A DNA stretch of 64,000 nucleotides from Mobula hypostoma (taxonomy: Eukaryota), in the NCBI RefSeq assembly GCF_963921235.1, contig NC_086097.1, forward strand, positions 57,476,001-57,540,000, given 5' to 3'. A model generated the notes under the pieces. The model had not been told where the DNA came from. It searched no databases and worked only from the letters and a program-made list of their open reading frames with translations. Below are positions 39,465 through 51,887 of this stretch, piece after piece (position 1 is the first letter of the stretch; each line of letters begins with the position of its first letter). A program made the position numbers and the translations under genes.

Positions 39465-39499
39465 CTTTGATAATAAATGTACTTTGACTTTGACTTGCC

Positions 39500-40290
39500 A
39501 TCTCAAGAATCAGTCTTCTGCATTCCCTTTATGGCAAGTATGTCCTTTATTTAGAAAAGGAGACCAAAATCATATGCAATTCCCCAGCTGAGGTCTTCTC
39601 ATTGTCCTGAAAAACTGTAGGAAAACATCTTTACTCTTGCACTTCCAAAGTAAAGGCCAACAGACCTCTTAACTTCCTAACTGCTTGCTGCACCTGCAGC
39701 TTTCAATGATTAGTGTACAAGGACAAACATCGCTTTTTGAATATTAACACATTTCAGTCTGTAACTATTTTAAAAAGATTTGGCATTTTTCTGTTTTACT
39801 GAAGTGGTTAACCTCATACTTTTTCACATTGTGCTCCATCTGCAATATCCAGCTCACTTAAATTGCTTGAAGCCTCTTTCTATTCTTGTACTCACATTCC
39901 CATTTAGTTTTGTATTGTCAGCAGATTTGAAAATACTTCCCTTAGTTGAAATCATTGATATACTTATGTACTTAAGCCCATTATTCCTACTGGGGTATAG
40001 GCCACTGACAGCAGCACACCAGCGTCCTCTGTCCTGGGCCAGTCTTTCAAGTTGTCCTCTGGTGTAACCCATTGAAGATCCTTCCTCTCCCAGGGATGAG
40101 GACTTTGGAAGTTCTATTGGCATTTCTTTAGGACTGAGTTTTACGGGATGGGGTTGCTAGCCCCACGCCCAACCCTCTTCCTTTCGCCCCTGGGCTTGGG
40201 ACCATCCATGGTGGAGGTCATTGATATCAGTTGTGAGAATCTGGAGACAGTGGTACTTCATCAGTCACAGCCTGCCAACCTGAGAAAGAT
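39500..40290 (-). mobile_element. Old CR1 relic
   Basis: Minus-strand KSADNTKLNG (FADDTKLGG-like) and neighbouring degenerate RT. Confidence 0.6.
39962..40217 (-). mobile_element. RTE-derived short element (internal-deletion derivative)
   Basis: 10-bp TSD TCATTGATAT at 39952-39961 and 40218-40227; RTE C-terminus GQLERLAQDRGRWCAAVSGL; TAAG-type tail. Confidence 0.75.
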
Positions 40291-40789
40291 CTGTTTATTC
40301 TTACACTATAATTTCAATATCTCTTAATGGGTATTATTTTACAGAAATACGCCAGCTTATTTTTGGAGATTTAGTTGAGGCATCAAACAGAAGCAATGCT
40401 AGAAAACCAAAAATTTGCATGAGCAGCGTTCACCCAATCTTCCAGCTCCACTACTGAGAAAAGTGGTAGAATATAGGCAGTGCCACTTTTTCAAGCATGT
40501 TTTCTTTATCAATGGTCCACAACTTTTTTTTAATGAGGTCTTCACCATGCCATTCATATTGTGCTCAAATGTTGGACTCCAACTATAGAAGAGTCAGTGT
40601 CCTGCAGCTTCCCAGCAGTTGCACTAGGAGATCTGGCCTCAGAAACTATTCTTGGTTAGTTCTGGTGCAGTGATTTCCTTCATTTCAATGGAGTGGAATA
40701 GTTTCAGAAGACAGATAAATTTCAAGTAGCTTACCCTTTTGAATTAATCAATATTTAAATATATTTATTCTTTAATTATTGAATTCTTT

Positions 40790-41000
40790 AACTTTTCCCC
40801 GAAGGAGGGCAGTGGGGGTTGGAGAAGAAGGGAGAATGACTGGGGTGGGAGGGGTCTTCGATTATGCTAACTGCTTTCCCAGGGCTGCAGGAAGTGCAGA
40901 CAGAGTGCATGGAGGGGAGGTTGGTTTTCATGTTGTGCTGCAGCTCTCTGTAATTTATTTTATTCTTGGGCAGTGGAGTTGCCATTCTAAGCAGTGATGC
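40790..41000 (-). mobile_element. Rex1/Babar relic
   Basis: NLPSMHSV..SC..KAVSIIEDPSHPSH. Confidence 0.65.
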
Positions 41001-42131
41001 TTCCTGATCAGTATTAAGGCTTAAGAACTTCAACATACCCAGTTGAAAGTGCAGTGCTGTTTCTTAAACTTATGGTAGATGTTGTCAAAGTGGAAGTGGG
41101 GCAGAGAATTACAGTTTCAGGGATTGGAAATTCAGGGCTGCAGTTATGGACTGATCAGAGGTGTTTTGCAAAGTAGTCCCTAAATAAGCAAGTGAAAGAC
41201 AATATTGTAAAACTTTGTTGGTTCATTCAATTTAAGGACCAAACAGATATGTTATTGCTTTGTACAAATTTATAAACCATTGATTTATCATTGGGGCAAA
41301 AAGCAGATAGTGGAAGGGGGGATTTGATTGATTGCAATAACAATACTGAGTTTTTATTATTTACTGACATTGTGGATCTGCATGCTTGCAAGTTCAGCTA
41401 TGTATTACAGGGATGTCGTCCTTTCCTCCAGTGCCTACTCCTGTGAATCCTGTTTGCAAAAGATGGATTTCATGCTAGCAAATTGTGAAATATCAATAAT
41501 TGATCTGCACCCACATCTCCTCATCAAGACAGCTTAGCCCCCACCCCCACCCCACCACTAATTTGGCCCCAATGATAAACCAGTAGTTTGCAGTTGTATC
41601 CAATATCTGTCATACGATTAAAGAACCTAGACTGGCTGGCTATTTTCTCATAGATGCAATGTATGTTTTTAACACAAATTTAAAATCACATCAAGCTGAC
41701 ATCTTATTTCTATGATTTTGCATATCCTTATTCACCAATATTTTAGTAAACAAGTTAAAGAAATGCATTGAAATATGGCTGGTATTGTGGCAAGTGCAGG
41801 AATCCAGCATGTTGGTCAGGGCCAGGACAATGGGTAGTTTCACAGCAGGTATCAGGGTGCCTAATTTGAGTTGGGCGTGTGGTTGGGGTATGCAACACTG
41901 GGAGTAAGGAACATGTGTAGATTTACTGCTGGAATTTTGGAGTGTTGGTAGTTGTGCTGCTTGCTGCTATGGATGGTGAGAAGAGTCAGAAGCTAATCCA
42001 TCTCCTCCCTGCAAGTAAATTTAAAAAAAACTGTTTGTTTTGACAAGCTGGAACTTACACAGAAGCTGCCATGTCCTTGGTAGGTGTAGTCTCCTGTATG
42101 GCATGGCAGCAGTCTTAGACTTATCCGCATA

Positions 42132-43704
42132 CAGGTTTCCCCCGCCATCCGAAGGTACAGCGTTCCTATGAAACGGTTCGTAAGCCGAAATGTCGTAAAG
42201 CGAAGAAGCAATTACCATTTACTTATATGGGAAAATTTTGTGAGTGTTCGCAGACCTGAAAATAACCTACCAAATCATGCCAAATAACACATAAAACTTA
42301 AAATAACAGTAACATATAGTAAAAGCAGGAATGATATGATAAATACACAGCCTATATAAAGTAGAAATACTTTTCCACAATTATTACTGAACTGTTCTCC
42401 GTAGCGAAAGAAAATCTCACGCAAGCGCTGTTGGCAAAAGCACGGTGCAAGTGCTCTCCAGTAACCTTTAAGCTATGAAGCTGCCAAATCATGCCAAATA
42501 ACATGTAAAAATACACAGCCGATATAAAGTAGAATTAATGTATGTACAGTGTAGTATCACTTACTGGAATTGGGAAGACAGTGCAGAGCACACTGATGAT
42601 GGTGTGTAGACTGAGTCATCGCAGGTTGGGGTGGTGCAGTGGCCCCCACCCTCCAGGCTGCCGACAGATACGTTGCTGCAAGGCATGCAGGGGTCCAGCA
42701 GTAGCCGGGAGGCATCCAGCACATCTTTAAGAAAAAAGCCAAAATAAACATGCTAATTAATTAGGTGCTGCCCGGCAAATAATTGTCGGCCCAGATCAGT
42801 GCCGATTGCCGATTGCATCTCCTTTGATCTGGGCCGACATTTACGTGTGGGGCGGCACCTAATTAATTAGCATGTTTATTTCAACTTTTTTCTTAAAAAT
42901 GTGTTGTGTGCCTCCCGGCTACTGCTGCATTCTCCGCGAATTGGTGCAGTATCTGTCCGCGGCCTGGGTGTTGGGGTGGTGGGACACTGGGGTGTCATCT
43001 CGTCATCTGTTTCCATTAGAGCAGGCAGCTCATCTTCTCCTATGACTGCCCGCCTCGATGTCGAAAGTCGAGATTCGTCGTCTGCTGTGGCTGATGTGGA
43101 AGGCTTGCTTGACTGCTGAGCCTCGCGCATTTTTCTATCATACAGTTCTTTGTAAGGACGCAAACCATGTTGCAAATATCCCCTAAACCTACGTACCCTT
43201 TCAAAATTAAAGTCGTATTTTATCATTGCAGCGAAAATCTCATATAGTTGCTTCACGTTCATTTCGCTAATGAATTCGGTTTCGATTGTTATCCTTTCCT
43301 CTTCTAATTGCATCAGCTCTTCATCTATCAGTTCTTGGTCATGGGATGCCAAAACCTCTCCAACATCATCTTCTTCAGCTTCCACAAGCCAAACTCACTT
43401 AGTCCTTACTTCGTTCACCACGATCGAAACGCTTAATTGTGTCTGGTTTTACGCTAAGTGTAACACCCTTACGAGCACTTTAGGCTTTTCCAATACCTTA
43501 GAACTCATCTTGCAAACGGCTGCTCACAGGCACGTGTTTCAGCAATGCCGTTCCGAATCCGGGGCAGAGCGGCTGCTCAGGGCGCGCGCTGCTTTTTTCG
43601 TAACAGTGAAAACACCTTCTGAAAGCGAAAACAGGGTACTAATGTAGGTCTTTCGTAACAGTGAGGTTTCATAAAGCGAACGTTCGAAAAGCAGGGGACA
43701 CCTG
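42132..43704 (-). mobile_element. Tigger/pogo-derived non-autonomous DNA transposon
   Basis: TA TSDs; TIRs caggtttcccccgc / gcaggggacacctg; ORF 42876-43385 resembles the acidic Tigger transposase C-terminus (EDDVGEVLASHDQELIDEEL...PYKELY); no DDE domain seen. Confidence 0.85.
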
Positions 43705-43883
43705 TATTTTGTTAACTATGAAATCTCTGTGTACCCGTCTCTTGTGGGTATGGTATATTAGTGAATAGTTAACCAACAATATACTTTGAAGTATTTAAAA
43801 GAAGTGGACAAAAATAAGCTTCTTTGTTTGCTCAAAACTGTGAAGAATATCTGTTCTGATCAATTCTTTTCCTGTATTTCTAG

Positions 43884-43967
43884 TCTCCAGAACTGGTACA
43901 AGATGAGGAGGACGACAGCACTGAATTCCCAGGAACCAGTTATATTGCTGTTGCTGATTTATCAAAG
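43884..43967 (+). CDS. Candidate internal coding exon (SPELVQDEEDDSTEFPGTSYIAVADLSK)
   Basis: Acceptor ttcttttcctgtatttctag, donor AAG|gtaaat; 84 nt, phase 0/0, open frame, non-repetitive. Confidence 0.75.
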
Positions 43968-46900
43968 GTAAATACAAGCTTGTGTTTATTTATTCACATC
44001 TTAATCCAACTTACTCTAATGAAGGATATTATTTCACAAAGTACTGATGAGACAAAAAGATTTGTATTCTTGCACTGCGGCAACATGAGATTCCATGCTG
44101 TTTAAAAAAAACAGCAATAGTTAAACTATTGCCAACTGTACTGAAAGCAATCACTGAAAATTGTGCAGAATGCATTCTAACCTCTTCCCTGTGAGATTGC
44201 AGTATCGGGAAATCTTCCCAGTAATGTATTTCTTTCTAACAAACGATAAGTTCTTGCATTCGGGGGAAGAACATTGTGCCATGTGCACCACAGATGGCAG
44301 AATAAGAGACCTAGTATATGTTTAGAACATAATCTTTGGTTGAAAATATAGATATGTGGTTTTACTGAGTGAAATGCTTATCACCTCAAGAATATAAATA
44401 TTGCTTTAATGGAGGAATTTAAACATAAGTAGTATTGCATAACACATGGGGATTACCACAATGTGATAGAAAATTTGTTCATGCACATGAGATGAGGCGG
44501 TGCCTCCACCTGAGTTAATAAGCTGAACGGAACCAACTCCCCATGAGCTGCCAGTGGCTGAAAAGAAATTCAAGCAGCTGTGCACAACTTTCAACCGTGG
44601 TGTCAGTGGTAACCATAGCAATAGTCATCCGATAAGTACTGCTGAGTTTTCTACTGCAATGCTATCACACACAAAGCACATTTGTACAACATGGTTGCCG
44701 TTAGAGGACGCACAGCCTACCTGTTACAGTTTGGTCATAATGTTACATTGTGGAGCTTTGTTTCAGCTAAAATTAAGAACCAGTGCTGTTATTTATATGT
44801 TAAAAACCTCCGGTTGGAAATATTGAATATGATATTTGTTACCTTTAGAGGGAAACGCTTAGCATCGCTCTTGATGGTAATGGCTGATCATACACAGACT
44901 TTATGTATTGAGTTAATAGAATTTTTAACATCTTCCTGTTGTAGGCAATCTCTCTCTCTTTCCCTTCCCCCTTCCCCCCTTCCCTTCCTGCCCCATCTTG
45001 TCCGTTCTCCCTTTCTCTCTCTGACTCTTACCTCTTTCTTTCTTTTTCCCCTTTTTTCCACCTCTCCCCACAGCTGTCTTGCCCCAAATAAATTTAATGA
45101 CACCTTCAATAATCTTGTCTTATTATTTATAGTGTAGCTACAGGCAGGCCTTGATAGGAGCAGATAGCTGCAGTCAGCTCCTGAAGATTCTGAATTCTAG
45201 CCCTAAATTGATGACAGGAATATTACTCTGCTATAAATTACCACTGAGAGAAATATCTGAATGTTGATAATGGAATTACTATAAAATAATTTTCTGACTC
45301 CTAACTAATATTAGTCACACAACAGAATTGTTGGCAATTAACAGTAAGTCATATCACATGTCATCTGTTTCTAGATGTTCTTCACTTTATGACATTACAT
45401 TAAATTCATTTAAAGAGCAGTACTGCTCTATAAGTGAACTAAAATCTTTTAGTTCTAAGTGGGTGTGTGTGATCTTCTTCTTTTCCATATTTGGTATTTG
45501 CAAATTTATGAGATTTTAACGAAAAGCAGAAGAAAAATGATGACCAAAATGTAAACACTATTAGAATTCTATGGTAATGCTTTATAACTAGAATGTACCA
45601 TCTTATTTCTTCTGCTGCAAATGGCCTCCAGACAAGCTTTTAATTTTTTTCTCCCTGATTCTCATTATTTCTCAGTCATTGCTTGGAGGAAATATTTTAA
45701 TGAAATGCAGCAGTCAGATAGTTATTTTTAACAATTGTTAATGTGTGGGGAAGCAAGGCTCTTCAATCTGCAGAACTCTTAGACCAATCACCTTTACTGA
45801 TAATACAGTGCAGAGCTCTTACACCAATCAACTTTTATAGTGCTGTTAGGTGGTCGCATAAAGTGAAACTCAGACCAATCAAACACTATGTAGCATTTAG
45901 GTTCATCACACTGTGCTGAATGACCGATTGTTTAGTGCGGATACTACAGCTCAGAGGTTCCCATATCCCTGAAATATAGGAAAATGTAGAAGCCGCATAA
46001 TGCTGCAGTAAAATATTTACTCAGTTACTATGGATACAGACAGTCTGAAAATGCAGGGAACTAAGTGAATCAAACCACAACACTTGTGCCATATCTACAA
46101 AATCAAAAAAGCTTCCATTTACAGTCTTCCTCCTCCACAGACAAAACAAAACTATTTTGTTGCTCTGTGTCAGCCAGTATTATATTCTTCCTCTTACACT
46201 TTCTCAGCAGATTCTGTTGTGTAAAACTGGAGGGAAAGCAGCAGTTACCACTGTTCTTTGGTGATAATACTGGATCAAAATGCAAAATTGCTTTTTAAAA
46301 ATTTACTTCACTTTCTGAAGTGTGGAGTTTTGCACAAACTTGCCAGGCATGTTTTCACTGGTGGTCAGGAGCCTCATAAATAACTTTCCTTGATGGCCAT
46401 TTTTTGTGGATGGTCCAATCAAGCTAATTGAACATGGAGATAGCGTATCCTGTTCTCAAACATGGTTCTACCAGAAACTGCTGGATATAGCTCAGAAAAA
46501 AGAATGTCCCCCATCTTTCTTACCAACACAAAATTGTCTTTATATCCTACTGTCTTGTCATAGACCTTTAGATCAGTTGACAAATCAAATCCTGCATGTG
46601 CCTTAAAGCACAATTTGTTTTACTCTGTACAGAAGTACATCTGATAGTAGGATCGTTCTTTCCAGAACATTTAAAGCAGTAAAAAAATATATTTTTCAAT
46701 TTTGTTTATCAACTGTGTACATTCACATATATCCAACTTTAAGTTGATAACTTACTTCATCATCTAACAGTTAAAGACATTGACTGTGTGTATCACAGAT
46801 GTGGTGAGTTAAAGACATTGACTGCCTGCCAGTCCAGATGTCTGCTATCTTTTCCCTAATCAGTGATTAATTTGTGGAGCTCATCAAGGAAGTGAGTTTT

Positions 46901-47649
46901 CAGTGCCTTGGATGTAGGAGTGAAAAATAAACAGCCTAAGTCCCTACTTCTGATCACTGTTCAGTAATTTATTCTGGAAAGTGCACATGAAATTTTGTTG
47001 AGTTCCCTAGTTGATAAGGTTTGCAACGCTGTCTTGGCTGCTGTTAGAAAAACAGAAAAATGTTAGCTGTTAAGGCTGTGGGTAACTATCAACATGTACC
47101 CCAGCGCTTGATGAAATAATTTCAGATTTTAGCAGAAATGTATAAATGTGTGAAGTGGAGTGGATGTAAAAGTCATTTTAAACTTATTTAGTATAGTCAC
47201 TCAAACCCTGAGAGTGTCAGGTGGACGCAATCTCAATGGGAGAAGATCTAGGCAGTGTTGTGTCTTAAGGTTTAGTTTAGTAATGGAATCAAAACCTGAG
47301 TTCTTTGGATGACAAAGAAGATAGTGAATATGCTGGCAGCCCTTAGTTTGCAAAAGGGTACTATTCCTGAAAATTATTTGTAACCCAAACTGTTTGTAAT
47401 TTGGAAATAAGCAAAAACAGTGTGTGAAAGAGGATCACAGAAACAGTTGTGACAGGAGAATGACAAGCAGGGGGAAAAGCAGCTGCCAGCCAGTACTGAT
47501 GTGGTGAGCAGGTGAATCTGCTGAATGCTCCCAACCCTGTCTAGTTTAACCCAGCCTTTATGGGTGTGGCTCATGGCAGTGTGAGGCAGGGGTAGAAGGA
47601 GCAGATCCATCCTCATTTACCTAGCAAGACTCTCAGATTACATGGGCTG

Positions 47650-48400
47650 TTCCTAAATTGGGAAGACAGATTAAACAAAAAAGGGTAGCATGATGGTATA
47701 ACAGCCTATGGTCCAAGGATGATTTTGAACGATTGGTACAGGAATGTTAACTGTTTATCTTCTACATTAATCATGATTTTATGAATGTTGCAGGTATGTA
47801 GATAACTATGACTGCCATGGACATGATGGGCTGAAGGGTGTGTTTCTGTGCTGCATGATTCAGTGGGAACTTAGTGTTTAACAGTTTGGTAAATGTGACG
47901 GGAAATTTAATGCAGAAAATTGTGAAATAGATCATTTTGGCAGAAAGAACAAGCAAGACACTAAAGGTTAAATGCACATTTCTACTGGATACACAGGGTT
48001 AGAGACTTAGCTGGACACGTGCATAAATCTTGTGTCATGACATTGAAAGAGCAGTAAAGCATTGGGAGTCTGTAATTCACAACCAGGGCCAGGGCAGAGA
48101 GTACAACACACAATAATATTGCACTGTAACTTCTACAAGTCCTACAAGGTTCATTTGGATAGTTCCGGAAATGAAAAATTTTGGTTGCCAGGATGGACTG
48201 GTGAAGCTGTGGTTGTTCCCTTTAGGGTTAAGAACTTTGAGAGGAGATTTTATGTGTTCTACAGGGCATGCTTTGACAGAGTAAATAAAGGAAAGCTGTT
48301 CCCCCCACTCATGGTTTGAGGACCAGAACGCACAGGTTTAGAGTGATGACAAAAAGACTCTAAGAAGGAAGGGAAAATTTAAGGAAAAGCTTTCTTTAAG
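47650..48400 (+). mobile_element. Highly decayed CR1 relics
   Basis: Residual 'tttaatgcagaaaattgtgaaa..cattttggcagaaagaac' and 'gaggagattt..gacagagtaaataaaggaaagctgttccc'. Confidence 0.5.
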
Positions 48401-49079
48401 GAATAAACTCTTCTTGGGTTTCCAGCTGGGTACTAGTATCGATTATAACCAACGATTCGGTGACAAACTTTGTCATCATAATGCCAGTTATAATCAATAC
48501 ATGTACCCAGATGGAAGCTCAAGAAGAGTTTATTTGTCATATATGCTTGGAAGCACTAGATCCTTTTTCAAAAGCTTTCTTTGTTCAGAGTGTGATTGCA
48601 ATTTACTACTTGTAAAAGGCTGGAGACAAATTTGTTAAAGGCCTCTCTGAAAGGGGGTAATTATTTGTAGGTTACAGGGAAAAGTTGGGGAATGGGACTG
48701 ATGAATCTGCCGGACAGTTTACTGAATTACAATCTTGTGCAAGTGGAAAGAGTGAATGCTTTGCATGTATCTGTCATTTTTTCACTGTTATCTGAATAAA
48801 ACATTTGATGCTGCATTGGTGCAAGGTTGTTGAAACTTAAGTTTTTTTCAACTATTTTGATTGCCTGATTTATAAGTCTCATTGAAGTATACCAACCAGC
48901 ATTCTCTACTTCTGGAAATAAACTTTAATTGCTTTAAATAAATTTGTTTTTTAATGTGTCTGAATGAACTGAGCAATGCAGAACACAGGCATTTGCAGTC
49001 GATGTTTTACTGTGCACTAGTTTAATCCAATCTATATACATCCTGGGGGATGCAGTCTGAATGCTTTAACTTTGTAACA

Positions 49080-49390
49080 ATAAAACCATTGCAAACTTGA
49101 GATGTAGGTTTGGGAGTATCTCAAAATATTCCAAAGTATCTCAGGTGTATGGTGTATAGACATGTTCACTGAACATTCTGATGGGGTAGAGGGAATACTG
49201 GAGATCACAGTGAACACTGGTGCCAATGGCATAGACGGAAAGATGGATGAGGTCTTGCAGAATGAATATATAGAGTTAGGCAGGGATAAAAGGAAGAATC
49301 TCTAGGGTCATAATCGAGGGGTGGCTTCCTGATCTACATGCTAACAAGGCTAAAAATGGGAGGATAGTACAGTTGAATGGTGGCTGAATA
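49080..49390 (+). mobile_element. CR1 ORF1 esterase relic
   Basis: EITVNTGANGIDGKMDEVLQNEYIELGR, homologous to ORF1 at 5500-5670. Confidence 0.6.
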
Positions 49391-51887
49391 TTTCTTCCCT
49401 CAAGCCTATTCCAAAAATGCATTTGATGGAATGCAGCTGACACTGAAGGAAATGAGAAATGTTTAGGACAAAATATCTTTTTGTATACTCCGTAATATAA
49501 TACGGATTTGCAAGGGAGCTATAGCCCTGCTGAGTTTTTGTATAAAAGGTTTCACACCAGAATGAAGCCTGTGTGTTTAGTGACTACCACAGACTTTGCC
49601 AAAAATATAGTTTTAAGAATGTATAACAAACACAGTGCAAGCAGTTTGAAATTGTTTCTCAGGGAAACACGTTGATGTACAACACCTTGGCTGGAACGCT
49701 TAATCTAAAGGATTTATTTGGTGGGCCCTAGCAGTCAGAGAATGTATTTTTTACTATAACATAATACTTTAGTAAGGTAAATCAGGTTTTGTTTCAATCA
49801 ATGTTGTCATGTTCCTGAGAGCACTGGGGACTAAATCATTAGTTCTCAAAGCTATGTAGTAGGCCTTAACAGATTTTCTGATTTTTTTTAAAGATAGTCT
49901 CTAAGATCATATGGACATTTTATTTCGAGGAAAATCCTTGTGTGGAACAATGCTCTTACTGTGTACTGCACCCTGCTGGGCAGTTGCAAAGCAGTATGAA
50001 CAGAATTTCTTTAACATCTCGGGAAAAAAAACAGTTTTAGCAGTAATTTGGTTTTTGGACATCAAAATAGTTGATGATTATGGTTTACTTAACATTTCTG
50101 GAAGAAAATTCTGCAGGTAAAGAATTGATTAACAGAAATGTCTTTCAATAACTGATTTCAAGTTATTCCAATTACTTTATAATTACAACAGTTCTTCTTA
50201 CTACCTAAAAGGATGCTGACGTAAAGAGTCATCAACAAACCATTATTTCTAGAATGTGTTTCATGTTTTCAGATAGTCTCTGACTATTTGATTGCCAATA
50301 AATTACTTCAAAAGTACTGTCCAATGACAGTTGCAGTTATTGGCAAATAAGCCATTTATTTAGTGTCCAACAAGGTTCCACAGATGATGAATTAATGATG
50401 TAGTTTTAATATTGCTGTTATAGGGGACATGTTGGCCAGAACGCTTTTAATATTCATTCAGTAAATATTTTAATTGTGAAATATTTTCCTGCTAAACTAT
50501 GTGGAAGGTTATTTGTACCAATTGCTAGTAATATTAAAGCAAACATATTAGTTGCATGGAAAGTGAAATCTTTTCCTCTTTCACCATGAATAGAGGAGAG
50601 AGCCATAGAGTAATACAGCACAGACACGAGCCCTTTGGCCCACCAAACTAGTCCCATGTGTCTTTATTTGGCCCATGAATATATTCCCTCTCTGTGCCAT
50701 GCTTCTGGATGAGCTGACCTCTGCCTAGTCTTGTGCCAACAGTTAAGTAAAACAGGAGATAATCAACTGCAATCCAGATCTTCTGACTGGTTGTGCCTCT
50801 GCTTACCATCTCATACAAGTAAATATCTTTTTTTAACAGTGGAGTCATGTGACATCAAACAAAAATTATAGCATATACGTCTTTCTATTAATTTTGCTTT
50901 TGAGCCTGATGGGGAACAGTAAATCTTTGAGACAGTTATTTCCATTTCATTTGTTGGCTGCTGGCCACAACAGCATGCATGTGCAGTTACTTAAAATTAA
51001 TTCAAACTGTGTTGCTAGCAAGCCTAAAACTAAACAAATATGAAATAAAAAGATGGTGCATTATGGATTATTAGTTCTTTCCCCAATTACTTCAGAATTA
51101 CCACTGTACATTTTATCAAATGAAAGATGAAAGAACTACGAGTTTTAGAATGCCTTTCATATCTTTATTCAACCCAGAGTATTCCACTGCCAGATTATTT
51201 TTAAACTATTGTCCCGGTATAGTTGCAGTTGCTGTTGTAAGCAAATGTGGAATTTATTTTGTATCCGAGTTCAACAAAAGAAGAATTAATCATTTCTTTT
51301 TAATGTTCCTCTATGCTCTAATATGGACTTCTTTGGACTAATTGTGTTCTTTCTTATAAAAATTATGTTTAAATTGTTTTTCTTGTGAATGCTGCCAATG
51401 GTATGCTATGTTTGTGATGCTGCTGCAAGTTTTTCATTGCAACAGTAGCACGGAAGTACTGTGCATATGACAGTAAACCCAACTTTGACTTTGAAGGGGA
51501 AATGTCTGAAACATTCTGCTGTTTAACTAGAGTAATGGGACCTTTTACAACTAACTGAAAGGACAGATCAATCAAATTGATTTTAGGACTCCAGAAAATG
51601 GGGCTACCAACATTGCTTTTTTTTCTATATCTTGATACTACAGTACAATGAAGTGTCAAATGGGATTTCAACATTTTTGGTAGAGCTAGTTACTCAAATT
51701 CAATGTATGATGAGCATATTGCCGTTGTAAATCAGTCATAATTTATTTTTCACCCCACCCTTCACCGGTGACAGAGGTGTCAAGGAGTATGCTACAATAC
51801 TCTGGATCATTGAGCATATTTGCAAATATACTTATAGAACATGCAATATTTTGTATTCTTTGTTTATTTAATTTTCTTAAATTTATA

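Larger units (their letters stand above)
38150..39496 (+). mobile_element. Non-autonomous Rex1-tailed element hosting the CR1 and solo-LTR insertions
   Basis: 3' tail 'tactttgataataaatgtactttgactttgac' shared with Rex1 copies; 5' boundary uncertain. Confidence 0.5.

Noticed and set aside
46769..46824. 18-bp direct repeat agttaaagacattgactg around a 20-nt spacer
   Set aside because: Only two units; likely a micro-duplication or tiny insertion scar with no further structure.
50271..50350. Exon after acceptor gtttcatgttttcag (IVSDYLIANKLLQKY...)
   Set aside because: No convincing donor before the in-frame stop.
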